The notes under the pieces are model-generated. The model worked only from the letters and a program-made list of their open reading frames with translations, did not search any database and had not been told where the DNA came from. A DNA stretch of 64,000 nt, from assembly GCA_964410505.1 (NCBI GenBank), contig CAYPGR010000002.1, positions 15,939 through 79,938 on the forward strand, written 5' to 3'. Source of the DNA: an uncultured Staphylococcaceae bacterium (lineage in GTDB: Bacteria; Bacillota_I; Bacilli_A; RFN20; CAG-826). Below, one piece after another: positions 1 to 8,576 of this stretch (position 1 is the stretch's first letter; each line of letters begins with the position of its first letter). Made by a program: the position numbers and the translations under genes.

Positions 1-152
1 GTCCCAAAAGCAACGAGCGTCAGACCAATGACAAGTGGGGAAACATGAAATTTTCGGGCGATTGATGAAGTTGACGAGACAAAGAAGTCTGCGCCTTTAA
101 CAAGAAAAACAAATCCGACAATGAGTAGTAATACACTAATGATATAATCCAT
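1..152 (-). CDS. Calcium/sodium antiporter (CaCA/YrbG family), 5' part only; runs off the window edge
   Basis: Not in the ORF track. Manual translation from ATG at 152 gives MDYIISVLLLIVGFVFLVKGADFFVSSTSSIARKFHVSPLVIGLTLVAFG, the typical YrbG N-terminus leading into the alpha-1 repeat. SD-like GAAAGGA lies upstream. Confidence 0.85.
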   Translation of the reverse strand, partial: MDYIISVLLLIVGFVFLVKGADFFVSSTSSIARKFHVSPLVIGLTLVAFG

Positions 153-194
153 TTTATGATTCCTTTCGGGCTACTTAATAATATTGTTATCCGC

Positions 195-248
195 CATGGT
201 CATATTTTAAGCTGCGATAAACGTTGTCGGCTTACTGCAAATGCCATG
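195..248 (-). ncRNA. Structured 5' leader, candidate Na+-sensing (DUF1646/Na+-I-like) riboswitch aptamer
   Basis: Minus-strand RNA CAUGG-CAUUUGCAGU-AAGC-CGACAACGUUUAUCG-CA-GCUU-AAAAUAUGA-CCAUG forms nested stems (CAUGG/CCAUG, AAGC/GCUU, CGA/UCG). It starts just after a promoter and precedes a cation antiporter. The class assignment is from memory, not a covariance-model search. Confidence 0.5.
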
Positions 249-256
249 TACTTAAA

Positions 257-285
257 ATGTTAACATAGAGAACATAAGACTTCAA
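257..285 (-). promoter_or_regulatory. Sigma-A-type promoter for the antiporter
   Basis: Minus strand: TTGAAG (285-280), 17 nt spacer, TAACAT (262-257) preceded by an extended TG. Confidence 0.6.
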
Positions 286-424
286 TTTGAAATTGTTGTT
301 TTTTTAAATCCAAACAAGTGGCGTCATAAAACATTGATATTCTTGCCAACATTAGTCGATTTTATGAAATGAAATGCTATACTTAAAAAGTAGAAGCTTC
401 TCGATTTATGTCACTAAAGGAGGC

Positions 425-1375
425 ATGTTTATGGAAAATTATTCGAATTGGTCTCGTCAAGACCTAATCAACCTCATCGCCTCGCTCGAAGAAAAAATCA
501 AACATGAAAACGAGCAATTTCTAATTAATTTTCCATGGGCCGGTAATCTCGGGCAATGGGTTTGGTTTTACGACCGAAATATTGTCCATTTCAATAAAAA
601 AAAAGTTGCCCAACTAGGGTATGATCCCAATATTATTGGTCGGGTGGGTTTTGAATTTTTCACGAGTAAATTACATCCTGATGACTACGATCGTGTAATG
701 GATAATATGAAAAAACATTTGATGGGGATCACCGCTGCCTATGAAGTTGAATATCGGATTAAACATCGAGATGGTCACTATCTTTGGTATTATGATCGCG
801 GCACCGTCACGAAACGTGATAGTGCCGGTCAACCCCTTCTCATTGAAGGCATTGTTTTTGACATTAGCAAAAATAAGACCCTTGAAGAACGCCTCCTTGT
901 CATGGCCCAACGGGATCCTTTAACCGGGGTCTATAATCGACGGATGTTATTTCATCATTTACAAACGAATATAAGTCACTATCTTGAACAGAAGACACCT
1001 TTTTCCATGATTATGTTGGATATTGACTATTTTAAAGAAATCAATGATTCCTTCGGTCATTTGGTCGGTGATGAAGTGTTAAAAAACGTCACTAAAGAAA
1101 TTGCTATCACAACGGGCAATCATGATTATATCTATCGCTATGGTGGGGATGAATTCTTTATTCTTCTCCCGAATATGGGCATAAATGAGGCCAAAGAAGT
1201 AGCCAGTCAGCTCCATCGTGAACTCACAAAATTAAGGGTTAACAACCAAACCCCACTATCGATTTCCATGGGCGTTGCTCAGTATCAAAAAGAAACTGAT
1301 GATTCCTTTCTCAAGGTACTTGATGAGTGTCTTTATCGTGCTAAAAAAGGCGGTCGTAATCAAGTTTGTTCTTAA
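425..1375 (+). CDS. PAS-domain diguanylate cyclase (PAS_3 + GGDEF)
   Basis: PAS motif (LHPDD...YEVEYRIKHRDGHYLW), DPLTGVYNRR and RYGGDEF. Start moved to ATG 425 (431 also possible) after AAGGAGG. Confidence 0.9.
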   Translation: MFMENYSNWSRQDLINLIASLEEKIKHENEQFLINFPWAGNLGQWVWFYDRNIVHFNKKKVAQLGYDPNIIGRVGFEFFTSKLHPDDYDRVMDNMKKHLMGITAAYEVEYRIKHRDGHYLWYYDRGTVTKRDSAGQPLLIEGIVFDISKNKTLEERLLVMAQRDPLTGVYNRRMLFHHLQTNISHYLEQKTPFSMIMLDIDYFKEINDSFGHLVGDEVLKNVTKEIAITTGNHDYIYRYGGDEFFILLPNMGINEAKEVASQLHRELTKLRVNNQTPLSISMGVAQYQKETDDSFLKVLDECLYRAKKGGRNQVCS

Positions 1376-1530
1376 GCCATTCACTACGTGAATTGACTTA
1401 CTTTATCATTAATCACTTCCGTTTTTTTTCATAATAAAATGACTAACGCCTGCGAATTTCCAATTTTCTATGCTTAACAATCCGGGTTGTAATAGAATAG
1501 ATATAGTACTTTTGAAAAGAGGATTAAATA

Positions 1531-2718
1531 ATGGATATTTTTAAAAAATGTTATGCTTTCGATACTGCTAAAAAACTTAAGGAAAGTGGTCATTATCCCT
1601 ACTTCCACGAGTTAGAATCAAAACAAGACATCGTCGTCGAAATGGAAGGCAAAGAAATGATCATGATTGGTTCGAATAACTATCTTGGTCTCACCTCACA
1701 TCCTGAAGTCATTCAAGCCTCGGTTGAGGCGACAAAAAAATATGGAACCGGTGTATCGGGGTCCCGGTTTTTAAATGGCACGCTCAACCTCCATGTTACT
1801 TTAGAAAAAGAACTTGCAGCTTTCCTTAATAAAGAGGATTGCACGATATTTGGAACAGGATTCCAAGCTAATCTTGGGATTATCTCTGCCATTGCGGGAC
1901 GTCATGATATTATTTTTTCGGACCGTGAAAATCATGCCTCTATTTATGACGGCAATAAACTCAGTTATGCCGAAGTTGTTCGTTATCACCATAATAATAT
2001 GGAAGATTTGGAAGAAAAGCTAAAAGATGCACCCGTTAATCGCGGTAAATTAATTGTCACGGATGGCGTTTTTTCAATGAGTGGTGATATTGCTAATCTC
2101 CCAGAAATTGTGCGCCTCGCAAAACAATATGGTGCTCGCGTGATGGTTGATGATGCTCATGGTTTTGGGGTGATGGGTCCGACGGGACGCGGGACCGCTG
2201 AACACTTTGGCTTAGAACAAGAAGTCGATATTATTATGGGGACTTTTTCAAAATCATTAGCCTCATTAGGAGGGTATGTTGTTGCGGACAAGGATGTTGT
2301 TGATTACATCCGGCATCATTCTCGTCCCTATATCTTTTCAGCCGCCATCCCAGCGGCTAACACGGCTGCGGCACTAACAGCCTTACGGATCATCAAACGA
2401 GAACCTGAGCGTGTAAAAGCGCTGATTGATATCGCAAACTATATGCGGCAAGGTTTAAAGGCGAAAGGGATTAAGATTAAAGAATCATCAACGCCGATTA
2501 TTCCAATTTATACCTATACACCGATGCGCACCATGATGGCGTGTAATATGCTTTTTGAACACGGGGTTTACGTCAATCCTGTCTTACCACCCGCGACACC
2601 TGTCGGAGAATGTCTTATCCGGACCAGCTATACTGCGACGCATACCCCTGAATTACTTGATAAGGCCATTGAAAAAATAGCATTTGTGCTCAAAGAACTT
2701 GAAGGATTTGAGGAATAG
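1531..2718 (+). CDS. PLP-dependent alpha-oxoamine synthase, serine palmitoyltransferase-like
   Basis: GSNNYLGL, GTGVSGSRFLNGT, NHASI, DDAHG, GTFSKS (PLP lysine) and VNPVLPPATP...LIRTS. These resemble bacterial SPT more than BioF or KBL. Confidence 0.75.
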   Translation: MDIFKKCYAFDTAKKLKESGHYPYFHELESKQDIVVEMEGKEMIMIGSNNYLGLTSHPEVIQASVEATKKYGTGVSGSRFLNGTLNLHVTLEKELAAFLNKEDCTIFGTGFQANLGIISAIAGRHDIIFSDRENHASIYDGNKLSYAEVVRYHHNNMEDLEEKLKDAPVNRGKLIVTDGVFSMSGDIANLPEIVRLAKQYGARVMVDDAHGFGVMGPTGRGTAEHFGLEQEVDIIMGTFSKSLASLGGYVVADKDVVDYIRHHSRPYIFSAAIPAANTAAALTALRIIKREPERVKALIDIANYMRQGLKAKGIKIKESSTPIIPIYTYTPMRTMMACNMLFEHGVYVNPVLPPATPVGECLIRTSYTATHTPELLDKAIEKIAFVLKELEGFEE

Positions 2719-2721
2719 CAT

Positions 2722-3528
2722 ATGGTTATCATCGTAACTGGAGCGTCCTCCGGAATTGGTCGTTCTTTAGTGCGATTTTTCGCGCAAAAAGGGCATCATG
2801 TTTATGGTTTATCACGTTCAAAATTTATCGAAGATCAAGTAGAAAGCCTACAATGTGACGTCACGAATCTGAATGATATCGAAAAGACGTTTGCCTATAT
2901 TTTTAAAAAAGAAGGCCGTATTGATGCGTTAATTAATAATGCTGGGATGGGCATCTCGGGCAGTATTGAGGATACGTTAAAGGATGATGCGGAAACTCTA
3001 TTTAATGTCAATTTCCTTGGTGTATTTCTGACAACAAAAGCGGTGCTTCCATATATGCGCGAAGGGGGAGCGGGAAAGATTTTTAATATCAGTTCAGTCG
3101 CCTCCCGGTTATCAATCCCTTTTCAATCTTTTTATAGCGCTTCAAAAGCGGCGATCAATACTTTTTCAGAAGCATTAGCAAATGAAGTAGCGCCTTTCAA
3201 TATTGGTGTTTGTGTTATTCTACCAGGAGATATTCGTACAAACTTCACGATGAACCGCAAGAAAAATAGGCTTGATGGACCCCTTTACCGTGAGCGGATT
3301 GCCCAATCGATTCAGGTGATGGAAGCGGATGAACAAAACGGGATGGATCCGAGTGTATTATCAAAAGTGGTTGGTAAATTACTTAAGAAAAAACGATTAC
3401 CACTTTATAAAACAATCGGTGTGAAATATAAAATATTTATCTTGTTACATAAACTATTACCGGCAAAACTAACAAATGCGATTGTTGGATCAATCTATGG
3501 GTTTAAGAAAACCAAACCAAGAGACTAA
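2722..3528 (+). CDS. Classical short-chain dehydrogenase/reductase (SDR), 3 nt downstream of the SPT-like gene
   Basis: TGASSGIG, NNAG, catalytic Ser (ISSVA) and YSASK. Confidence 0.9.
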   Translation: MVIIVTGASSGIGRSLVRFFAQKGHHVYGLSRSKFIEDQVESLQCDVTNLNDIEKTFAYIFKKEGRIDALINNAGMGISGSIEDTLKDDAETLFNVNFLGVFLTTKAVLPYMREGGAGKIFNISSVASRLSIPFQSFYSASKAAINTFSEALANEVAPFNIGVCVILPGDIRTNFTMNRKKNRLDGPLYRERIAQSIQVMEADEQNGMDPSVLSKVVGKLLKKKRLPLYKTIGVKYKIFILLHKLLPAKLTNAIVGSIYGFKKTKPRD

Positions 3529-3705
3529 AGGATATTTTCGCGGCGACTGTTCTAATTCGGTTTGGTTATAGAAAACGATATATCATCCATATCGATGGAT
3601 TAAACCAATAAAAATAGCGTTTACATCTTTTGTTTTAAAGTTTCGATAATAGACAATGATGGCTGATAAGTATAAAATTAAACTAAGATGAGTTCGGAGG
3701 ATTTC

Positions 3706-6183
3706 ATGAGGAAATTCGGTTATATAGTCGCCATCTTAACGTTTAGTTTCATGGCGCCATTAGTTGGTAAGACGCAGTATAAACCGATTTCGGCTGCTTT
3801 AAGTGCCCGTCCGATCGATGTGACGAATGCATCAGAATCAGTCATCCGTAATTATTACGCAAATTTAAATAATCTCAGTGAAACTGAGCGACAAGGCGAT
3901 AATCTTTTAAAGAACTTAAAACCAATTTTAAAAAATGGCCACGCGAGTTTTAACTATGCAACCGTATGGGACTGGACCAAAATTACCGACCGCGATTGGA
4001 ATCTTTCACCCATGACCCCTGCTGAACTTTCCAATTATGCTTTTAATGATAATCCTTATGTTAAACTTCTATATCGCAGTGACAATGGCACAAGTACCGC
4101 AGCCCAACATGGGGATGCACATGGCCAAGTCATCGACCGTGAACATGTTTGGCCGAAATCACTCGGAAACTTTGGTGAAAATGCTCCCGCAGGCACAGAT
4201 TTACATCATCTAATCCTCGCAGACTCCAAAAATAATCAGATTGGCCATAATCAATATGCTTATGGGAATGTAAATCCGGAGGACTATACACCGATTGATA
4301 GCTATGATAATCCAGATAATCCGACGAATGTTAATGTTTTTACGGGAAAAAGAGGAACCATTACGTATAATGGGCAAACCGCGACCGTATATGAACCACA
4401 AACTTTTGATAAAGGGGATATTGCCCGAGCGATGTTTTATATGGCGGCTCGCTATTCTTCATATACGAGTCCAAGTGATCCCTACTTAAAACTTTCCAAT
4501 TCATTAAATAGTATTGTCTCTACTACTTCAACTACGACTATTCCTGGTCAAGGGGGCCTTCTTGATGTTCTTTTGACTTGGCATACCATTGATCCGGTAG
4601 ATGATTATGAAATCAAACGGAATAATCTTATCTATCACAATGCCCAATTCAACCGGAATCCGTTTATCGATTATCCGTCATGGGTCGATAGTGTATGGGG
4701 TAGTAAAGTTGCTGCCAATCCCGCGCTTGATGATGTTGCTTTGTTTGGTGAACAAGGGAGTGTGACGCCAACGGCACTCGCGTTATCACCAACAATCCTT
4801 TCTTTAGGGGTTAGCGATACATCAAATTTAACCCTTAGCGTCACGCCAATAAGTGCAAGTAAGAGTGTCACTTGGTCGTCATCAAATGAACAAGTTGCCA
4901 CCGTCACCAACGGCACGGTAACGGCTTTAGCGATTGGGACGACAACCATTACTGCAACCTCAACGCTCGACACGAATGTAAAAGCAACCATGACACTTTC
5001 TGTTGTTGCTGAACATATTAAAAAGTTAGAAGGGATTTCTTTATCTGGCATCACTGGGATAGTTAAATATGGTGATCTATATCCACTTCAAAATATCGTG
5101 GTGACTGCGACCTATGATGATGGCTCAACTGCAAATGTTACAGCCTCATCAACAATTCCAGGTCCAAGTATGACGACGTTAGGAGATCAATCGCTTGTGG
5201 TTACATATACCGAAGGTGGCGTAACGAAGTTTGCTAGTTACAATGTAAAGGTGACTAATAACGGCGTTGTCGTTGGTGATGTTGTCCGTGTGGCCACTGA
5301 TCTATTTATTTCTGAATATATTGAAGGTAGTAGTAGCAATAAGGCGATTGAAATCTATAATGGGACGGGTTCATCAATTATGATGTCTGCCTACCAAATA
5401 GTCGTGTATTCAAATGGTTCGGCAACTCCTTCAAATACGATTACTTTAAGCGGGACATTACTAAATAATCAGACTTATAAAGTCGTACATTCAAATGCAA
5501 ACAACCCCCTTCTGACCCTGGCAGATTTGCAAAGTGGTTCACTTTTACATAACGGTAATGATGCGGTTGCACTGCATAAAAATGGTGTACCAATCGATAT
5601 AATGGGAACGATTGGCTCTGCCGATATTTTTGCAGAAAATGTTACTTTGGTGAGAAAATCCGCCATATTTTCGCCGACTACAACATTCAATGCGCTTGAA
5701 TGGACTACATATGCTCAAGATACCTTTACTTACCTCGGTAGTCATGACTATAGCGCCACGATGCCAGGCTTAACCGCTGAAACCCAAGCAACGGCCTGGG
5801 CGGACTATTTTTTAGAAGTAACGGGAGTATATTGTGAAACGGAAGCAGGCGAAACCTTAGCGGGTTCGATATGGACTACCCTCGGGCTAGAATACGGTTA
5901 TATGGATGCTTCTAGTAAGACCCTTTTTGCTAACACCACAGCAGATCCTGATGGGGTAGGCATTGCAGGGGCAAAGGCTCGATATCATTTTCTGATTACC
6001 AAGTATTCACTTTTAGATTCCAATAATTTTATGACTAATGGTTCTAACCAAGCAATCTATAGTCTTTTATCAAATAGAAGTACAAGCGCAACACACGTAA
6101 ATGACCTCCTCTTATTAGGGGTGCTCGGAAGTATTGCCTTGCTTGGGTTTGTGAGTTATAAGAAAAGAAAATTCAATCATTAA
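3706..6183 (+). CDS. Membrane-anchored extracellular endonuclease I family nuclease with Ig-like and lamin-tail-like domains
   Basis: Start at ATG 3706 after GGAGG. Signal-like N-terminus; DREHVWPKS, KGDIARAMFYMAARY and NRNPFID (endonuclease I); WSSSNEQVATV (Big_2); LFISEYIEGSSSNKAIEIYN (LTD); C-terminal TM helix followed by KKRK. Confidence 0.85.
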   Translation: MRKFGYIVAILTFSFMAPLVGKTQYKPISAALSARPIDVTNASESVIRNYYANLNNLSETERQGDNLLKNLKPILKNGHASFNYATVWDWTKITDRDWNLSPMTPAELSNYAFNDNPYVKLLYRSDNGTSTAAQHGDAHGQVIDREHVWPKSLGNFGENAPAGTDLHHLILADSKNNQIGHNQYAYGNVNPEDYTPIDSYDNPDNPTNVNVFTGKRGTITYNGQTATVYEPQTFDKGDIARAMFYMAARYSSYTSPSDPYLKLSNSLNSIVSTTSTTTIPGQGGLLDVLLTWHTIDPVDDYEIKRNNLIYHNAQFNRNPFIDYPSWVDSVWGSKVAANPALDDVALFGEQGSVTPTALALSPTILSLGVSDTSNLTLSVTPISASKSVTWSSSNEQVATVTNGTVTALAIGTTTITATSTLDTNVKATMTLSVVAEHIKKLEGISLSGITGIVKYGDLYPLQNIVVTATYDDGSTANVTASSTIPGPSMTTLGDQSLVVTYTEGGVTKFASYNVKVTNNGVVVGDVVRVATDLFISEYIEGSSSNKAIEIYNGTGSSIMMSAYQIVVYSNGSATPSNTITLSGTLLNNQTYKVVHSNANNPLLTLADLQSGSLLHNGNDAVALHKNGVPIDIMGTIGSADIFAENVTLVRKSAIFSPTTTFNALEWTTYAQDTFTYLGSHDYSATMPGLTAETQATAWADYFLEVTGVYCETEAGETLAGSIWTTLGLEYGYMDASSKTLFANTTADPDGVGIAGAKARYHFLITKYSLLDSNNFMTNGSNQAIYSLLSNRSTSATHVNDLLLLGVLGSIALLGFVSYKKRKFNH

Positions 6184-6190
6184 ATAATCT

Positions 6191-7267
6191 TTATAAAATT
6201 TGTGATGCTAACGTTTTAAGATAATCTTTTTTCAATAGGTTTAAAATATCACGATATGAATATAATTCCACATCACGTAATAAATGATAGAGATTATAAA
6301 AAATTTGGTCAGTGTCTGTTTTAGGGTTATCGTAATCTTTCGCTTGCCATCCTTCGGTTGCTTCACGCATTAAAGAAATAACATAACGACGTAACATTAC
6401 AATCATTGCTTCTTCAATCCAATAAAGAAATTTGCATGAACCAGCTTTCTTTTCAAGGCCTCTAAATTTTAGATATAGTGGAAAGCCATCATCTACTGTG
6501 CGCCAAATGTCAACAAAAGCATAGTCGTAACTTTCTTGTGCCATTGTTTCTTGTAGATAAATGAAGGCATCATTTTCGATGATATGGATTTTCTCTTGAT
6601 GTGGGAATTGCGGTAAAATATGTTCCTTGAAAAGGGCAATGATTTTAGGATCTTTTTCAACAATTGTAACCGAAGAAACTGTCGGTTTGAGAGCAGCCAT
6701 AAAGGCAAAGTAACCTAACCCTAGACCAAAAGTAATGACTTTACCGGTGACGGTTTCAATTGCTTTTTGCATCGTTTCGATTTCATTTGGAGTAATTGAC
6801 ATCCATGTAATATTATCTTGTGCTAAATTGAGATATGTAAAAGGCTCTTTACAGATTCCAACTTGGTAAATTTCTTGAAAGTATTTTCTCTCATTGACCA
6901 TTACATCATCGGCAATAAAGGCTTCATACGGTTTATAAGTAACAGGTTCAAGATGCCAGGCGACATCACGGATCTGGTGAAGTGAGATCGTTTTATAGTA
7001 AGGGTTATTCTCATATTTTTTGGCTTCAATGATGCTTACTCTACAGATGGGGAAAGGGGCACTCTTAATATTCAGTTTTCGTCGCATCATAATCTCATAA
7101 GCTTTTTCCTCTGGTAAATCGATCTTAATCAACGAATGAGGTTTAATCGTTCGTGCATGGGATTGCACAAAATTTAAAACATAGTGAGCATTTTGAATGT
7201 TTGTTTCAAGCATTGTAAATAATTGATCCAATTCTCTTTCATCTTGACGGGTTAGTGATATTTTCAT
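6191..7267 (-). CDS. Class I SAM-dependent methyltransferase-fold protein (spermidine-synthase-like fold), function unknown
   Basis: VITFGLGLGY motif I, VTIVEKD, NDAF, YDYAFVDIW. Confidence 0.65.
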   Translation of the reverse strand: MKISLTRQDERELDQLFTMLETNIQNAHYVLNFVQSHARTIKPHSLIKIDLPEEKAYEIMMRRKLNIKSAPFPICRVSIIEAKKYENNPYYKTISLHQIRDVAWHLEPVTYKPYEAFIADDVMVNERKYFQEIYQVGICKEPFTYLNLAQDNITWMSITPNEIETMQKAIETVTGKVITFGLGLGYFAFMAALKPTVSSVTIVEKDPKIIALFKEHILPQFPHQEKIHIIENDAFIYLQETMAQESYDYAFVDIWRTVDDGFPLYLKFRGLEKKAGSCKFLYWIEEAMIVMLRRYVISLMREATEGWQAKDYDNPKTDTDQIFYNLYHLLRDVELYSYRDILNLLKKDYLKTLASQIL

Positions 7268-7431
7268 AGTCTATATTATCAATGATTTCATCAAGAATAG
7301 ATAACAAAAAGATAAATATCTTGATTTAATGATGATTTCTACTTCTTGAGTCATAAAATTTAACACATGCTAATAATTACCGATTTAACGGATATAAAAT
7401 TAGTTTGATGATATGAGAATTCTTGCATTTA

Positions 7432-7445
7432 TGTAATCGCTTTCA
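7432..7445. promoter_or_regulatory. cre-like (CcpA/LacI-family) operator upstream of degV
   Basis: TGTAATCGCTTTCA matches the TGWAANCGCTWWCA consensus, next to TTGCAT in the 7268-7543 intergenic region. Confidence 0.45.
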
Positions 7446-7543
7446 AGGTAAAAATAAATTATGTTGTTATTTATTCCTATAGCCTTTTTGCTATGCTTAA
7501 CCTGTAGCGATTTTCGCTAAAAATGAATAAAAGGAGATTCAAC

Positions 7544-8416
7544 ATGAATAAATTCGTGATTATTACTGACGCGACATGTGACTTACCACAAGCGCTTGTG
7601 GCCGCCCATAAACTTGATTATATTCCAATGGAAGTTAATTTTGGAGAAGAAGTTATTAAACAATATTTAGATGAAAGAGACTTCAAATTGGTGGATTTCT
7701 ATAAACGACTTGATAATAAAGAACTTGCGAAGACAAGCTTAATCAATATGCAAACGTTTATGGAAAAATTCACCCCTTATTTAGAAAAGGGAATCGATGT
7801 GATCTACATCGGTATTAGTAGTAACTTGTCAGCGAGTTTTGCCCAAGCAAACTTAGCTAAGGAAGAATTAGAACATACTTTTAAAGGTCGTACAGTACGG
7901 CTTGTCGATAGCAAGAGTGCAAGTATCGCCGAGGGCGTTCTTGTTTTAGAAGCACTCAAGAAACAAGAAGAAGGTCATAGTCTTGAAGAAGTCGCCCGCC
8001 ATGTTGAAAACATGGTCCAAAAAACGATTGCTTTTTTAGTGCCGATTAATCTTGATACATTACGGCGCGGGGGACGGGTGAGCGGCGTTAAGGCGCTTAT
8101 TGGTGACGCTTTCCGCATTAAACCAATCTTGAAGCTTGATGCTGAAGGTAAATTAAGCCAAGCTGGGAAAGCAAAAGGTTTTAAAATGGCCCTTCATACG
8201 ATTATTGATTTGACAAAAGAAAAGATTACAGGGCCATATAGTGGGCCTGTTTATATTGTCCACGCCAATAATGAGGCCGATGCCAAGTTATTAGGCGATT
8301 TATTCAAAGAAGCTCACGGTGGTGGTGATATAACAATTGGTGCTTTAGGCCCTGTTATCTCCGCACATACGGGAACAGGCGCTGTTTGCCTTGTTTTCTT
8401 TGGCAATAGCCGATAA
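7544..8416 (+). CDS. DegV/FakB family fatty-acid-binding protein
   Basis: IITDATCDLP, ISSNLSAS, DSKSAS, GGRV, KPIL, HTGTGA. Start at ATG 7544 after AAGGAG. Confidence 0.92.
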   Translation: MNKFVIITDATCDLPQALVAAHKLDYIPMEVNFGEEVIKQYLDERDFKLVDFYKRLDNKELAKTSLINMQTFMEKFTPYLEKGIDVIYIGISSNLSASFAQANLAKEELEHTFKGRTVRLVDSKSASIAEGVLVLEALKKQEEGHSLEEVARHVENMVQKTIAFLVPINLDTLRRGGRVSGVKALIGDAFRIKPILKLDAEGKLSQAGKAKGFKMALHTIIDLTKEKITGPYSGPVYIVHANNEADAKLLGDLFKEAHGGGDITIGALGPVISAHTGTGAVCLVFFGNSR

Positions 8417-8433
8417 TCAACGACCGATAATTG

Positions 8434-8466
8434 AAAAATAAATCCCCGTTCCTGGGGATTTTTTAT
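8434..8466. terminator. Bidirectional intrinsic terminator
   Basis: A-tract, AATCCCC-gttcct-GGGGATT hairpin, T-tract. Confidence 0.8.
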
Positions 8467-8576
8467 CTCTCTAGGGTTAGTAACTGCTTCCAAAATATTA
8501 AGTAAACCTATTTATTTTTATGCATTTTCATATGTTTTACACTTGTTTAAATATCGTTAAAATGTTTTCATAAATT

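Noticed and set aside
374-424. Longer N-terminus of the diguanylate cyclase given by the ORF track
   Set aside because: The strong SD AAGGAGG sits directly before ATG 425/431. Similar over-extended starts were trimmed for degV, tex, rimP, infB, rbfA, uvsE, rpsO and pnp.
1531-2718. Annotation as bioF (8-amino-7-oxononanoate synthase) or kbl
   Set aside because: There is no biotin or tdh context and the diagnostic motifs fit SPT-like enzymes better. It is not fully excluded without a phylogeny, so no gene symbol was given.
8477-8576. Group I intron (IStron) at the IS607 left end
   Set aside because: Only about 100 AT-rich nt separate the left junction from the tnpA start, too short and unstructured for a group I core.
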